From positions 1 to 64,000 of IMG/VR virus record IMGVR_UViG_3300017681_000001: a DNA stretch of 64,000 nucleotides. One strand, given 5' to 3'. The notes beneath the pieces are model-generated. The model was not told where the DNA came from. It did no database searches and worked only from the letters and a program-made list of their open reading frames with translations. A program made the translations under genes and the position numbers. Positions within the stretch are counted from its first letter, which is position 1; every line of letters begins with the position of its first letter. Source of the DNA: a virus. Shown in pieces: positions 17,830 through 26,847 of the stretch.

Positions 17830-19479
17830 TCAGAGTACGTCGAGCATGCCGTAAGAGACCTGCGGGATCGGCCAGTACGCCATGACGATGGCGTCGGCGA
17901 TGTTCGGGGAGCGGGTGCCCTCGGGCATCTTCTCGATTGCGAGGCGCATCTTGCCATCTCGCTTCGCGGTCGGCTGGCTCAGCTCCTTCTCGATCTGCCG
18001 CAACTGCGGAAGATCGTCAGGGAGAACGATCAGATCCTCGGCGTTCCATGTGAAGCCAGGCTCGTTCCGGGCGCGCCATGTGCGCTCGAATCGCCGCCGC
18101 AGCTGCCACCAAGCCTGGGCCTTCAGATTGGCGTAGTAGTCCTTGTTCAGGGGCGAGTTGTCATCGCCGGGCTCGACGTGCTCGTCGGGGTCGAGGGTCG
18201 CAGCGCCCGCATTCCATGGAATGAGCTGCATGCCTTCGGGTAGTAGCCCTTCGTCCGCGAGCCGGTTGGTCTCGGCCTTCACGCCAGCGCCAACGCCGAT
18301 GCTGTCGTACTGCAACTCGACCGGTCCGACGCCATCCAGGGCAGCCACAGCGCGCCGCGCCGTCGCCCCAGTGTCTCGTTCGCCCCATACGTCCGTGAAT
18401 TTCAGGACGATGCCTTTGCGGGCCGCCTGAGCGTTGCGGTCCCCGCCGCCATCAGCGACGTCGAGGCCGGCACACCAGCCGCCCTCATCCGTAAGGCCCA
18501 GCGCCTTGTCCGCGCCGATGGCCGCCTTCACCCACTCGGCCGGGATGATGACGCCCTCGACGGAGGCGGCATAATTCCGATCCACCTCCTGGGCGAACAC
18601 GTGCAACAGGCCGTCGTCCTGCGCTTTCTGGCGCCGTGCGTCGTACCAAGCTTGCGTCTTAGCGGGGTGGTCCCGCCAGTCCATGACGAAAACGTTGGTC
18701 TTGCCCTTCGTGATCGCCCCACCAGACCACTCAACGCCGGATTCGCGCCGACGGTGGAACACGTTGCCGAGGCCGTTCACCGATGAGATGTCGACTTGCA
18801 CGCGGGTGTTGTCCGCCAGTGCTGCTTCGATCTTCTCAGCGCGCTCGTAGTGGGCGCTCTCATCCTTGAAGTAGATGAGCTTGCGCCCGCCGCGGCCGAT
18901 GTTGTCGCCGGCTTCCCCGGTGATGCTCGCATCATTCTCCGGGTTGATGATCCGCATGTACGTCATGTGGTCGTCGGGCTTGAACCCGGCCGGCCAAAAC
19001 TCGCGAGGCAGCGAGCGGATCAGGATGCGCATCTTCTCGAAGATGCTGTCGGCGTCCCCGATCCGGTCGACGAGCTGCTCCTTGCGAGACCCCCAGCCAA
19101 CCGCAGCGCCCGGCCAGAACAGCCACAGCCACACGGAGAAGGCGCAGCACAGCCAAGTCAGGCCGACGTCGCGCGCCTTTTCGATAAGGCCGTTTTCCTC
19201 GGCGCGCAGAAGCGCCAGCAGGAACACCACACAGTCCTCCTGGCGGGGAAACAGGATGAACGGCATCCGCGTCGGCAGATCCGACCCCGCCACGCGCGGA
19301 TCGTACGTCGTGCACCAATGGGTGATGAACTCGGCCGGCCGGGTCCGATAATATTCGCGCGCGCCCATCCAGAGCGCGGGGTTGCCCCTAAGCTTGAGTA
19401 CCTGTTGCTGGCGCCACGCGAAGACGGAGACGTAATCGGGCGGCCACGCCTCACGCCCCGTCGTTGATGGTGCTGCCAT
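17830..19479 (-). CDS. Terminase large subunit
   Basis: 549 aa. EKARDVGLTW resembles the KsRQ.G.S ATPase region. A C-terminal nuclease-like acidic motif is present. It overlaps the small-subunit gene by 29 nt. Confidence 0.8.
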   Translation of the reverse strand: MAAPSTTGREAWPPDYVSVFAWRQQQVLKLRGNPALWMGAREYYRTRPAEFITHWCTTYDPRVAGSDLPTRMPFILFPRQEDCVVFLLALLRAEENGLIEKARDVGLTWLCCAFSVWLWLFWPGAAVGWGSRKEQLVDRIGDADSIFEKMRILIRSLPREFWPAGFKPDDHMTYMRIINPENDASITGEAGDNIGRGGRKLIYFKDESAHYERAEKIEAALADNTRVQVDISSVNGLGNVFHRRRESGVEWSGGAITKGKTNVFVMDWRDHPAKTQAWYDARRQKAQDDGLLHVFAQEVDRNYAASVEGVIIPAEWVKAAIGADKALGLTDEGGWCAGLDVADGGGDRNAQAARKGIVLKFTDVWGERDTGATARRAVAALDGVGPVELQYDSIGVGAGVKAETNRLADEGLLPEGMQLIPWNAGAATLDPDEHVEPGDDNSPLNKDYYANLKAQAWWQLRRRFERTWRARNEPGFTWNAEDLIVLPDDLPQLRQIEKELSQPTAKRDGKMRLAIEKMPEGTRSPNIADAIVMAYWPIPQVSYGMLDVL

Positions 19480-19933
19480 AGGCGTCGGCGGCTTCCTTCG
19501 GGGTCATCGTCGTCACGACCGCCTGGAGGGCCGCGCCGCCCTTGCCCGTGATCTCCCGGCGGTTCGTGTAGGCGTCGCCGACTTCCTTGGCTGCCTGTTC
19601 GTACAGGGTGGCCGCCAGCGGCAGGTTCTTCATGTCCTCGGCCTTGTGGGCCATGCGCTGAAGGGCGCGGAGTCGGACTGATCGATGGGAGATCGCGATG
19701 GCCGCCGTATCCTCCAGGAAGGACTTCCGGGCCGCGTCGAACATCTCGCGCCATTGGACGGCAAGCTTCCGGCCTGCGCGCTTAGTTGGGTCGTAGGCCT
19801 CAATAGATTGAGGCGTCACCTCAAGGCGAAATTCTTTCTTGATGGCATCCCGAATCGTGGCGAGGCTGTCGAAGCACGCCAGCGACTGCACGATGAAGGT
19901 CCGAACCTCGTTCGGCAGTCCGGGTCGGGCCAT
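19451..19933 (-). CDS. Terminase small subunit (DUF2280-like)
   Basis: EVRTFIVQSLACFDSLATIRDAIKKEFRLEVTPQSIEAYDPTKRAGRKL matches the DUF2280 pattern as I remember it. Confidence 0.65.
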   Translation of the reverse strand: MARPGLPNEVRTFIVQSLACFDSLATIRDAIKKEFRLEVTPQSIEAYDPTKRAGRKLAVQWREMFDAARKSFLEDTAAIAISHRSVRLRALQRMAHKAEDMKNLPLAATLYEQAAKEVGDAYTNRREITGKGGAALQAVVTTMTPKEAADAYGSTINDGA

Positions 19934-19957
19934 GGCGTTTCTTCAAGAGAACTCAGT

Positions 19958-20590
19958 CTACGCGGCCCGCCGCGCCAGGCAGGCTCCGCACACATGCGCG
20001 ACCGATGCCGCTGCGATTTCGGGCCCGCGATTGGCGGCCCTGACCATCTCTTCGATGCCGGTGGCGGCAATGCCATAGCGGCGCACCACCCCGACGAATT
20101 CCTCGACGTCGTGCCCCCGCATCGTGAAGGACGGGCGTCCATCCTTGCCGAACTTCGGGGCTCCGAACTCATTCTGGTCCTGAGCGCAGTGATACAGCTC
20201 ATGCTCGACCAGGGCGCAGAACGAAGCGTCGTCGCAGGACGCGGCGTAGCTGGCATCCAGTGTGATGATGAAGTCCGGCACGTCGCCAAACCATTCCTCA
20301 ACCTGCATCAGGGCGCGGGCTCTGGCCCACTTGCCCATGGCGCCCTGAGGGGCGCCAAGCTCGGCCTGCCCGACGATGGCCCTGCCCTTCCGGGCGTTGG
20401 CGACATTCGTCCAGAGAAAGCCGATGACAGCCTGTTCGAGGTGGGCGTGCTCCGGATTGTGGAGGGGCGCTTCATTTTCAATGAAGGTGTGGCGCACCCA
20501 TGCCGCTAGGTCATTCGACGGATCGAACCGATCAGATGCGTCGGTCAGGATGTCGGCCGGCGGGAATGGCCTCGCCGCCCCTGTCGGCAC
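19958..20590 (-). CDS. Putative phage metallopeptidase (HExxH)
   Basis: 210 aa, GTG start. VEHELYHC HExxH motif within a SprT/phage-metallopeptidase-like context. Confidence 0.55.
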   Translation of the reverse strand: MPTGAARPFPPADILTDASDRFDPSNDLAAWVRHTFIENEAPLHNPEHAHLEQAVIGFLWTNVANARKGRAIVGQAELGAPQGAMGKWARARALMQVEEWFGDVPDFIITLDASYAASCDDASFCALVEHELYHCAQDQNEFGAPKFGKDGRPSFTMRGHDVEEFVGVVRRYGIAATGIEEMVRAANRGPEIAAASVAHVCGACLARRAA

Positions 20591-20595
20591 AGGTG

Positions 20596-20982
20596 TCAGC
20601 CCTCGGCAGCTGCATCGCTCGTGCGCGTACCCCGCGTGCGGGCAGCCTGCGACACGGGCAGACCCGAATCCTGAGCCGGCTGGTTGTCGGCGGCGAGCGC
20701 CGGCGCAGCGACAGTGCCAACGACGGGCTCTGCCACGGCATCGACCTTCACGGGCAGCGAACCGATGTGGCCCGCGACCTGACGCATCGCATCCATGCTG
20801 GCGACCATGCCGGCGACTTCCTGGCGAAGGGCGTCAATACGGTCGTCGAAGGCGTCCTTGCCGCCGTGCTGATGCGCGGAGACAACGGTATCAATGATCT
20901 CGGTGACCCGGGCGTGCTGGCGGTCAAGCGAAGCCGACAGGTTGTCGTAAGCCGTCGCCAGGGTCGGGTTCGTGGCGGTCAT
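20596..20982 (-). CDS. Hypothetical protein
   Basis: 128-aa ORF with a clean ATG, tightly packed with the downstream gene. Confidence 0.45.
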   Translation of the reverse strand: MTATNPTLATAYDNLSASLDRQHARVTEIIDTVVSAHQHGGKDAFDDRIDALRQEVAGMVASMDAMRQVAGHIGSLPVKVDAVAEPVVGTVAAPALAADNQPAQDSGLPVSQAARTRGTRTSDAAAEG

Positions 20983-21134
20983 GGCAATCTCCCGAGGATG
21001 CTGTGAGGCGCACGGTTGCCGAGGCGGCCGGGCCGGCTACGGTACTGTCGCACAATGCCACCCTTGGCCGCCCAACCGGAGCAAGCTCAGTGACGAAGCA
21101 AGAGCAGTTTCTATGGATCGTTCAGACCTGCATC

Positions 21135-21365
21135 ATGGCGAATGGGATCAACATGAGTACTCAGCCCGAATACGCCGACGAGCGCAGACACCAGTACAGC
21201 GGGGTCGGAGCGAAGAACCTGATGGCCGATGCCGTTCGGGCCAGCCTGCGCATCCCCAATGACCTTGATGCCACCGACGCCGCAGACGACTTCTGCATCT
21301 TTATGGTCCTGGGCGACCGTGAAAGGCGCGGGGAGTGCCCGGAGTGGTTCGCGGCTCTCTCGTAA
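21135..21365 (+). CDS. Hypothetical small protein, convergent with the low-GC moron
   Basis: High-GC3 frame MANGINMSTQPEYADERRHQYSG...GECPEWFAALS. The start is uncertain (ORF opens at 21003). Confidence 0.4.
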   Translation: MANGINMSTQPEYADERRHQYSGVGAKNLMADAVRASLRIPNDLDATDAADDFCIFMVLGDRERRGECPEWFAALS

Positions 21366-21371
21366 AGGGCT

Positions 21372-22079
21372 CTATCCGGAAGGCTCGCTTATGAATCGCC
21401 GAAAGGCTTCACCGGTCTCGGAAATTCCAGAAATCTGAACGGTACTGCTGAAATCGACCGACACGTAGTCGAGAAGCCGGTCCCCACTCAGATCGGATAT
21501 AACACGCTTGGCAGCATGCTCATCCGTGCTGCCTCCTATTCCTTCGAGCAGCATCTGTTCGACTGAAACAGCGCCTGAGACAACGTCGGACCTGTTAACG
21601 AGCTTCACAGCCTCGCTGCCTGCTATTTGCACTGCTGCAATGTGTGCATCCGAGTATTTATCCGCGAGGTGGATGAAAGTCCCCCGAAGCACGTCGCTTA
21701 GTCGTAAATTTGCGGCGGTGTTCAAAACAATATTTCGAAGAGCCAGTCTTTTTTGATCGCTATGGGTCTTCATTGCGATCTGGGTCATTTGATAGACCGC
21801 GCTAATAAATTCTTGATTTTCGACTAGCGACGAGGGATCAAATTCAGCTAGTCGGTCCTGCAACTCTTGGACACCGCTTCCAATCAAGGCGAACCATGTC
21901 TCGCGGCGGCGCTCTAGCGGCTCGCCAATGAACCTTTTGATGATCTGCTCGACCGCGTACCCGCCTCCAGGCACATACGACGCCACGGCATCTGCGGAAG
22001 CGACCGCGATATGGTAGGCGACCGATCGATCGTCATCCATTGGGAAATTGGGCAGCCGATTCGGCTTCTCATCGCTCAT
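21372..22079 (-). CDS. Low-GC orphan 235-aa helical protein (moron; candidate Abi/defence gene)
   Basis: ATG at 22079 (MSDEKPNRLPNFPMDDDRS...). My counts give 21721-21780 = 23/60 GC and 21781-21840 = 26/60 GC. No TM segment or catalytic motif. It sits between the NusG-like gene and the packaging genes. Confidence 0.7.
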   Translation of the reverse strand: MSDEKPNRLPNFPMDDDRSVAYHIAVASADAVASYVPGGGYAVEQIIKRFIGEPLERRRETWFALIGSGVQELQDRLAEFDPSSLVENQEFISAVYQMTQIAMKTHSDQKRLALRNIVLNTAANLRLSDVLRGTFIHLADKYSDAHIAAVQIAGSEAVKLVNRSDVVSGAVSVEQMLLEGIGGSTDEHAAKRVISDLSGDRLLDYVSVDFSSTVQISGISETGEAFRRFISEPSG

Positions 22080-22148
22080 CGCCGGATGATGACGACAATT
22101 CCCGCTTTGCGAAAGGCGTAGTCTTCCCTTGGTAGCCTCGCGTGACAA

Positions 22149-22171
22149 AGCCCGCCGGGGTGCGGCGGGCT
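22149..22171 (-). terminator. GC-rich hairpin downstream of the NusG-like gene
   Basis: AGCCCGCC-7 nt-GGCGGGCT, an 8-bp perfect stem with no U-tract, about 140 nt after the stop at 22311. Confidence 0.4.
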
Positions 22172-22310
22172 GAGATCGGTCTGAAATTTGGGACAGAACA
22201 ACCCTGACGCCTCGCCATTCAGACGTGGGCCGGGTCACAGAGACACATCCCGAGACGGGCAGTCCATCTGGATATCCTGGGCATGATGTATGCACCCAGC
22301 TATGAATGCG

Positions 22311-23003
22311 TCAAGTCTTTTCGACCTGACGGAACTCGAGTTCCACAGGCGTGACGCGGCCAAAGATGTCGACGCCGACCTTCAGGCGCTCGCGATCATC
22401 GTCGATTTCCTCGACCGTGCCGTTGAACGACGCGAAGGGCCCTTCCGCCACGCGGATCAGCTCCCCGATCTCGAAGAGGATGGCGGCCGCCTTCATAGCG
22501 TCTCCGCCCCAGCCGGTGATGCAGTCGGCGAAGTTCTGAAGCTCCTGAGGCGGGATGGTGATGGGGCGTCCGTCATGGTGAGCGACGCCGCCCCGGCGGT
22601 ATCCGGTGGCGTCGTCGTAGATGCCCGGGTGCGATTCGACCTTGCGCAGCTCGGCGCCGTCGCTCGTGCCCACGAACAGGATCCGCCGAAGGATCGGGAT
22701 ATGCGCCAGCCGCGCCTTGCCGATCTCCGAGACGACGTGGACCGACTCGCGCGCCTCGAAAACCGGGATGCCAACATCGCGGACCTGCTCGGCCGCGCGC
22801 GCTGACCAGCGAGGCAGGGTCCGCACCACGTGCCACGTCCGGTCCGGGTCGACGATGAACCGCTCCTGCGGCTCCTTCCGCCATCCGTCCTTCGGCTTCT
22901 CGTTGCGCCCCTGGGCGTGCCGCTGGCGGGCCTTGGCGTCCGCGTTGCGGGCCTCCTCGCGGCGACGCTGCTCACGGAGGCGCTGCTTCTGGCTACGGGC
23001 CAT
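22311..23003 (-). CDS. NusG-like transcription (anti)termination factor with a basic N-terminal extension
   Basis: ATG at 23003. NGN-like [29 protein letters not shown]-like [50 protein letters not shown]. Confidence 0.75.
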   Translation of the reverse strand: MARSQKQRLREQRRREEARNADAKARQRHAQGRNEKPKDGWRKEPQERFIVDPDRTWHVVRTLPRWSARAAEQVRDVGIPVFEARESVHVVSEIGKARLAHIPILRRILFVGTSDGAELRKVESHPGIYDDATGYRRGGVAHHDGRPITIPPQELQNFADCITGWGGDAMKAAAILFEIGELIRVAEGPFASFNGTVEEIDDDRERLKVGVDIFGRVTPVELEFRQVEKT

Positions 23004-23047
23004 GATGTCGATCCTCGATACGCTACGAGAGGATGGGGAGGGGTGGT

Positions 23048-23362
23048 TCAGGCGGCCGACGTATCGGCGGGCACGGGGGCCGGCGGCTCGGCCTTGATGT
23101 GGTAGCCGGTGCCATCGCCCATGAGGCGCCAGCGGCGTCCGCGGTTGACCGCCATCTTGCGCTCGACCTCGGCCCAGAGGCCGGGGATCCGCGCCAGGCA
23201 GATGACGACGTCTGCGGCCTCGCTCATGTCGTCGGGCTCCGCGCGAAGCTCGTCGAACTCTTCGCTGGCCCGTTCGACGGTCCGGGCGGTGGTGATCGGG
23301 CCGAAGGTGTCCTCGGCCCACTGGCGGATCGTGTCGAAGGTCTCGGTCATGGGGGATCTCAT
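23048..23362 (-). CDS. MazG-like nucleotide pyrophosphohydrolase
   Basis: [10 protein letters not shown]....[10 protein letters not shown]....EAADVVICL matches the small MazG-like pattern. An alternative ATG lies at 23350. Confidence 0.55.
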   Translation of the reverse strand: MRSPMTETFDTIRQWAEDTFGPITTARTVERASEEFDELRAEPDDMSEAADVVICLARIPGLWAEVERKMAVNRGRRWRLMGDGTGYHIKAEPPAPVPADTSAA

Positions 23363-23377
23363 GCTGTGTGGGGCGGT

Positions 23378-23656
23378 TCAGGCTTCGGAGGCCTGAGCTT
23401 CGCGGATGAGCGCCGCCTGGTCGCGCAGCTGCTCAAGGGCGTCGGAGGCCAGGGCAACGGCCCGGGCCGCCGCGTCGAGCGCCGCAGGGTTCATCCCCGC
23501 GACGACGGCATAGGCCTCGGCGGAGACCTCGTAGGTGGTCCAGCGCCAGCCGCAGGCGTTGCACTTCCGACGGCGACGGGTACCCTCTGCGGCCGGACGG
23601 CTGTCGAGAATACCAACGTCGGCGGATCGGCATGTGGGTTGAGGGCAGAGGGTCAT
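23378..23656 (-). CDS. Zinc-ribbon protein (NrdR-like N-terminus)
   Basis: CPQPTC....[17 protein letters not shown]: two CxxC pairs, as in the NrdR zinc ribbon. Confidence 0.5.
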   Translation of the reverse strand: MTLCPQPTCRSADVGILDSRPAAEGTRRRRKCNACGWRWTTYEVSAEAYAVVAGMNPAALDAAARAVALASDALEQLRDQAALIREAQASEA

Positions 23657-25362
23657 GCGGATGCGCCCTGGGCAAGATACCGCTCGGCCAACAACTTGAT
23701 GCGGCTTTCGTCGCTGTATGTCTGGACGACCCCGGCCATCGGGTCCGTGATGCCTCGAGCCTGCGAGCCCTTCACGCCCAAGATGTTCATGATGACGGGG
23801 TCCGACCCCTCTTCGGCGTGCAGATAGATCGCCGTGACCTCGTCGGCGGTCTGGCCCGGCCGGTCGAGGCGACCGATGACCTGCTCGTGAACCTTGGGGG
23901 ACCAGTCCAACTCGCCGATGACCACGGTCGCCGCCCGGGCCTGCAAACCATCCACACCCTCGCCAGACCGGAGCGAGATGATCATCAGCGGGGTGTCGCC
24001 GTCGATGAATCGGGCCTTCTCGCGCTCCTTCGCCGCCGGGCTTTCGGATCCGGTGTACATGGCGGGCCTGTAGGCCGCGAGTTCGCGGTTCCAGATGTCG
24101 TAGACCTCGCGATGCCAGCCTGCGAGGAGCACTGGAATCCCCTGGTCGAGGAGCAACCGAACGTAGGCCGCCACGTGCCGCGCCTTGGCGACGCCGGTGA
24201 CCTGCCGGGCGAGGGCGTCGAGTTCGCGCGCGGCTTGGCCCCGCTCCATGAACGAGGCGGTGGTGACCTTGATCGCCAGGGCACGGGCAAGGTCCGCCGC
24301 ATCGGCCGCCACGGCGGCATCGTACGGCACCTCGTGCACGATCGTGTTCACCGGCTTGCCAGACCGAACCGTGCGCATTAGCAGGTTCTGATCCCGCAGG
24401 TAGGTGCCAAGGGCGTCCGGGTCCTTAACCAGCCACTTGCCGTTGCCGCGCGGTGTGCACCATTCCCGATGGAAGTCTGCCAAATCCCCGAGCGTACCCG
24501 GTGCGATCAACTCGACGATCGGGAAAATCTCGTCGCCGTAGTTGTAGACCGGGGTGGCGGACAGGCCGATGCGCAGCCCAGTAGCTTGGTTCGAGAACAC
24601 CGTCGCGGCCGCGCCCTTGGCCGTTGACGGCCCTTTGCGCATGGCGTGGATCTCGTCGAGGATCACCGATCGAAACATCCCGGTCGCGGCGATGTCGACC
24701 CACCCGGCCACGTTCGAGTAGCGGAACAGGTAGAGGTCTGCCGGGGGCAGGTCGTACGGCTTGGTGCCGGCGATCACGTGGACCCGCAGGTGGGTGAACC
24801 GCGCGGCGTAGCGTTGCCATTGTGCGGTGAGGTGCGGGGGGACGATCACGGCGGCCGGCAGGAATTCGGGCAACGCCACCGCGCCGAGGGCGGTGACCGT
24901 CTTGCCCAGACCAACGTCGTCGCCGATCAGGGCGCGGCGCAGGCGGCGGGTGATCTCGATCCCCTGCGCCTGGTACCCGTACGGGGCCAACCCGTCCCGA
25001 AATCCGGTGAATGGGGGCGGGGTCCAGTCGGGCAGCAGGATTTCCTCGACCGCCGCGATGTCCCGCTCGAACAGCGTCTTGCCGGCGATCATCGCCATGC
25101 GGTCTGCCGCCGCCATCGCCATAGGATAGCGCCCGGTGAACCATTGCAGGTCCGCGCAGGTGTCCGGTGCGTGGGCGAACGTGAACGTGCCGGTCTGCGC
25201 CTTGGGCAGTCGGGGGAACATGCTCTTGAGGCGCAGGGCTACGTGCGGCGGGACGTCGGCCATCACCCACCTCGCCGCGGCGGCATCGAAGGCGAGTCGT
25301 CCGTAGGTACGCCGCGGCGCGGCATCGTCGTGGGATAGGGCGAGTGCAGCGCTCACAGCCAT
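23653..25362 (-). CDS. SNF2-family helicase
   Basis: ATG at 25362. Motifs GDDVGLGKT (I), ILDEIHAMR (II) and SLRSGEGVDGLQ (V-like). Confidence 0.8.
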   Translation of the reverse strand: MAVSAALALSHDDAAPRRTYGRLAFDAAAARWVMADVPPHVALRLKSMFPRLPKAQTGTFTFAHAPDTCADLQWFTGRYPMAMAAADRMAMIAGKTLFERDIAAVEEILLPDWTPPPFTGFRDGLAPYGYQAQGIEITRRLRRALIGDDVGLGKTVTALGAVALPEFLPAAVIVPPHLTAQWQRYAARFTHLRVHVIAGTKPYDLPPADLYLFRYSNVAGWVDIAATGMFRSVILDEIHAMRKGPSTAKGAAATVFSNQATGLRIGLSATPVYNYGDEIFPIVELIAPGTLGDLADFHREWCTPRGNGKWLVKDPDALGTYLRDQNLLMRTVRSGKPVNTIVHEVPYDAAVAADAADLARALAIKVTTASFMERGQAARELDALARQVTGVAKARHVAAYVRLLLDQGIPVLLAGWHREVYDIWNRELAAYRPAMYTGSESPAAKEREKARFIDGDTPLMIISLRSGEGVDGLQARAATVVIGELDWSPKVHEQVIGRLDRPGQTADEVTAIYLHAEEGSDPVIMNILGVKGSQARGITDPMAGVVQTYSDESRIKLLAERYLAQGASA

Positions 25363-25718
25363 GCCTTTCCGAGCGAGAGGACGAAGGTGGGCTTGTCGAT
25401 GCTGGGCAGCGTCGTACTGACCGACGTCGCCAGGATCAGGGCGGCGACCTCGGGGCGCTCGCAGTACCGGACGCACTGGCGGTGGATCGCGCGCTTGCCG
25501 CCGGCGAGCTTCACCTCAATGGCGATGCGGCCGCACATCACGTCGACGATGCCGGAGTCGCCGAGGCGAACTTCACGCTCGGTCGGTATCCCGGCCGCGA
25601 TCAGCGCCTCCGCGATCTCGGCCTGGGTGGTCTTCTCGTTCGTGAGCGAAAAGCGGCGGCCATACAGGGCCGCGACTACCTCGCGCATCTCCATCTGCAC
25701 GCTTGGCGTCGCGGTCAT
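25353..25718 (-). CDS. PD-(D/E)xK (VRR-NUC-like) nuclease
   Basis: 121 aa. GIVDVMCGRIAIEVK fits D...(D/E)xK. It lies adjacent to the SNF2 helicase, as is common in phages. Confidence 0.45.
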   Translation of the reverse strand: MTATPSVQMEMREVVAALYGRRFSLTNEKTTQAEIAEALIAAGIPTEREVRLGDSGIVDVMCGRIAIEVKLAGGKRAIHRQCVRYCERPEVAALILATSVSTTLPSIDKPTFVLSLGKAWL

Positions 25719-26065
25719 GCCTCGTCCTCCAGATCGTCCGGCTCTCCGTAGAGGTAGGCCGTCAGCATCGGAGAGACGGTCAGCTTGGTCTCACCACCGA
25801 AGATCAGGCTCCCGTCCTCGTCCATCGTGTTGATGGTGAAGAGGCCAGAGCGGATCAGCATGACGGTGGCGTCCAGGGCTTCGCCGCCGCATTGCTCCTC
25901 GGATTGACCGAGGAAGCGGTGCAGATGCGAGCCGAGGGCATACGGGCAGATCGGGCCCGTGAGATGCGCCGCGTAGGCGACGGCCTGACCGAACAGAGCG
26001 GCGCGCCACTCGGGCGAGCCGGGAAGGACGCGGGGCGGCTTGGTGTATGCGAAGGGGGCGCTCAT
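25715..26065 (-). CDS. Hypothetical protein
   Basis: ATG at 26065 (MSAPFAYTKPPR...). ATGA overlaps occur at both ends. Confidence 0.5.
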   Translation of the reverse strand: MSAPFAYTKPPRVLPGSPEWRAALFGQAVAYAAHLTGPICPYALGSHLHRFLGQSEEQCGGEALDATVMLIRSGLFTINTMDEDGSLIFGGETKLTVSPMLTAYLYGEPDDLEDEA

Positions 26066-26847
26066 GCGGCTTGCCCCTCTTCTGCAGCTGCCGTCTCCGC
26101 TGCGGCGATCTCCGCCGCCAGGGCCGCCTTGCGCTCTGCCAGATCCCTTTCGGCAGCGGCTCGCTCTGCGGCCTCGACACCGGCCGAGTCCACGTCGGCG
26201 CCGGGACGGACCCGCATGGCGTCCTGCGCCCGCCGTACCGTCTCCGCTCGCTCTTCTGCGCTGGGGCTGAGGTCGGGCACGGCGTCGAGGACACGCTGCA
26301 GCCGGATGATCTGGCCGCGCACCGACGCCTCGACGCTCAAGGCGATCTCCCGCAGGCGGTGCTCTTTCGGCGCGAAGTCGAGATCCCGCCGATTGCCGCC
26401 GACCTCGCCCCGCCGCCACCGGCGCAGAGCCTCGCGCACCGTCCAGGCCGGCAGGTCGTCCAGCGCGTCGCGGTATGCGTCGATCTCGATGTCGGCGAGG
26501 TCAGCATCCTGTCGGGCCGCCGAGTTCCGGTTCACGATGGTGCCAATGACGGCGAGCGTCGAGGCGAGCGGGCCCGGCATCGAGGCCGCGTGCAGTTCCT
26601 CAATGCGCTGCGCGATAGCCGCCCGCTGGGGTCCAGTCGGCATCTTCGACCGAGGAATCGTCGCGACCTGACCGGTGATGGCCTTGGTCACCGGGTCGAG
26701 GACCGTCCGGCCGTACCCCAGGTCCGATACCGCTGCGATCTGCGTGGCGAGCCAAGGCGGTAGCGACAGCAGAGTTTCCGGCTGGCGAACGTCGACCGCC
26801 GGTAGATCCACTGCCGAAGAGCGTAGGGGTTCTAGATCCTGTGCCAT
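26062..26847 (-). CDS. Hypothetical replication-module protein
   Basis: 261-aa ORF with a protein-like sequence. Its 5' 248 nt overlap the tail of the DUF1376 ORF. Confidence 0.5.
   Translation of the reverse strand: MAQDLEPLRSSAVDLPAVDVRQPETLLSLPPWLATQIAAVSDLGYGRTVLDPVTKAITGQVATIPRSKMPTGPQRAAIAQRIEELHAASMPGPLASTLAVIGTIVNRNSAARQDADLADIEIDAYRDALDDLPAWTVREALRRWRRGEVGGNRRDLDFAPKEHRLREIALSVEASVRGQIIRLQRVLDAVPDLSPSAEERAETVRRAQDAMRVRPGADVDSAGVEAAERAAAERDLAERKAALAAEIAAAETAAAEEGQAA

Noticed and set aside
22311-23321. 336-aa version of the NusG-like ORF, and the similar N-terminal extensions of ORFs 14102-15424, 21372-22295, 29668-30462, 30243-30815, 33337-34500 and 58070-58777
   Set aside because: The upstream extensions are R/G/P-rich and overlap neighbouring genes. 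Internal ATGs with RBS or stop-start coupling give compact, motif-complete proteins.
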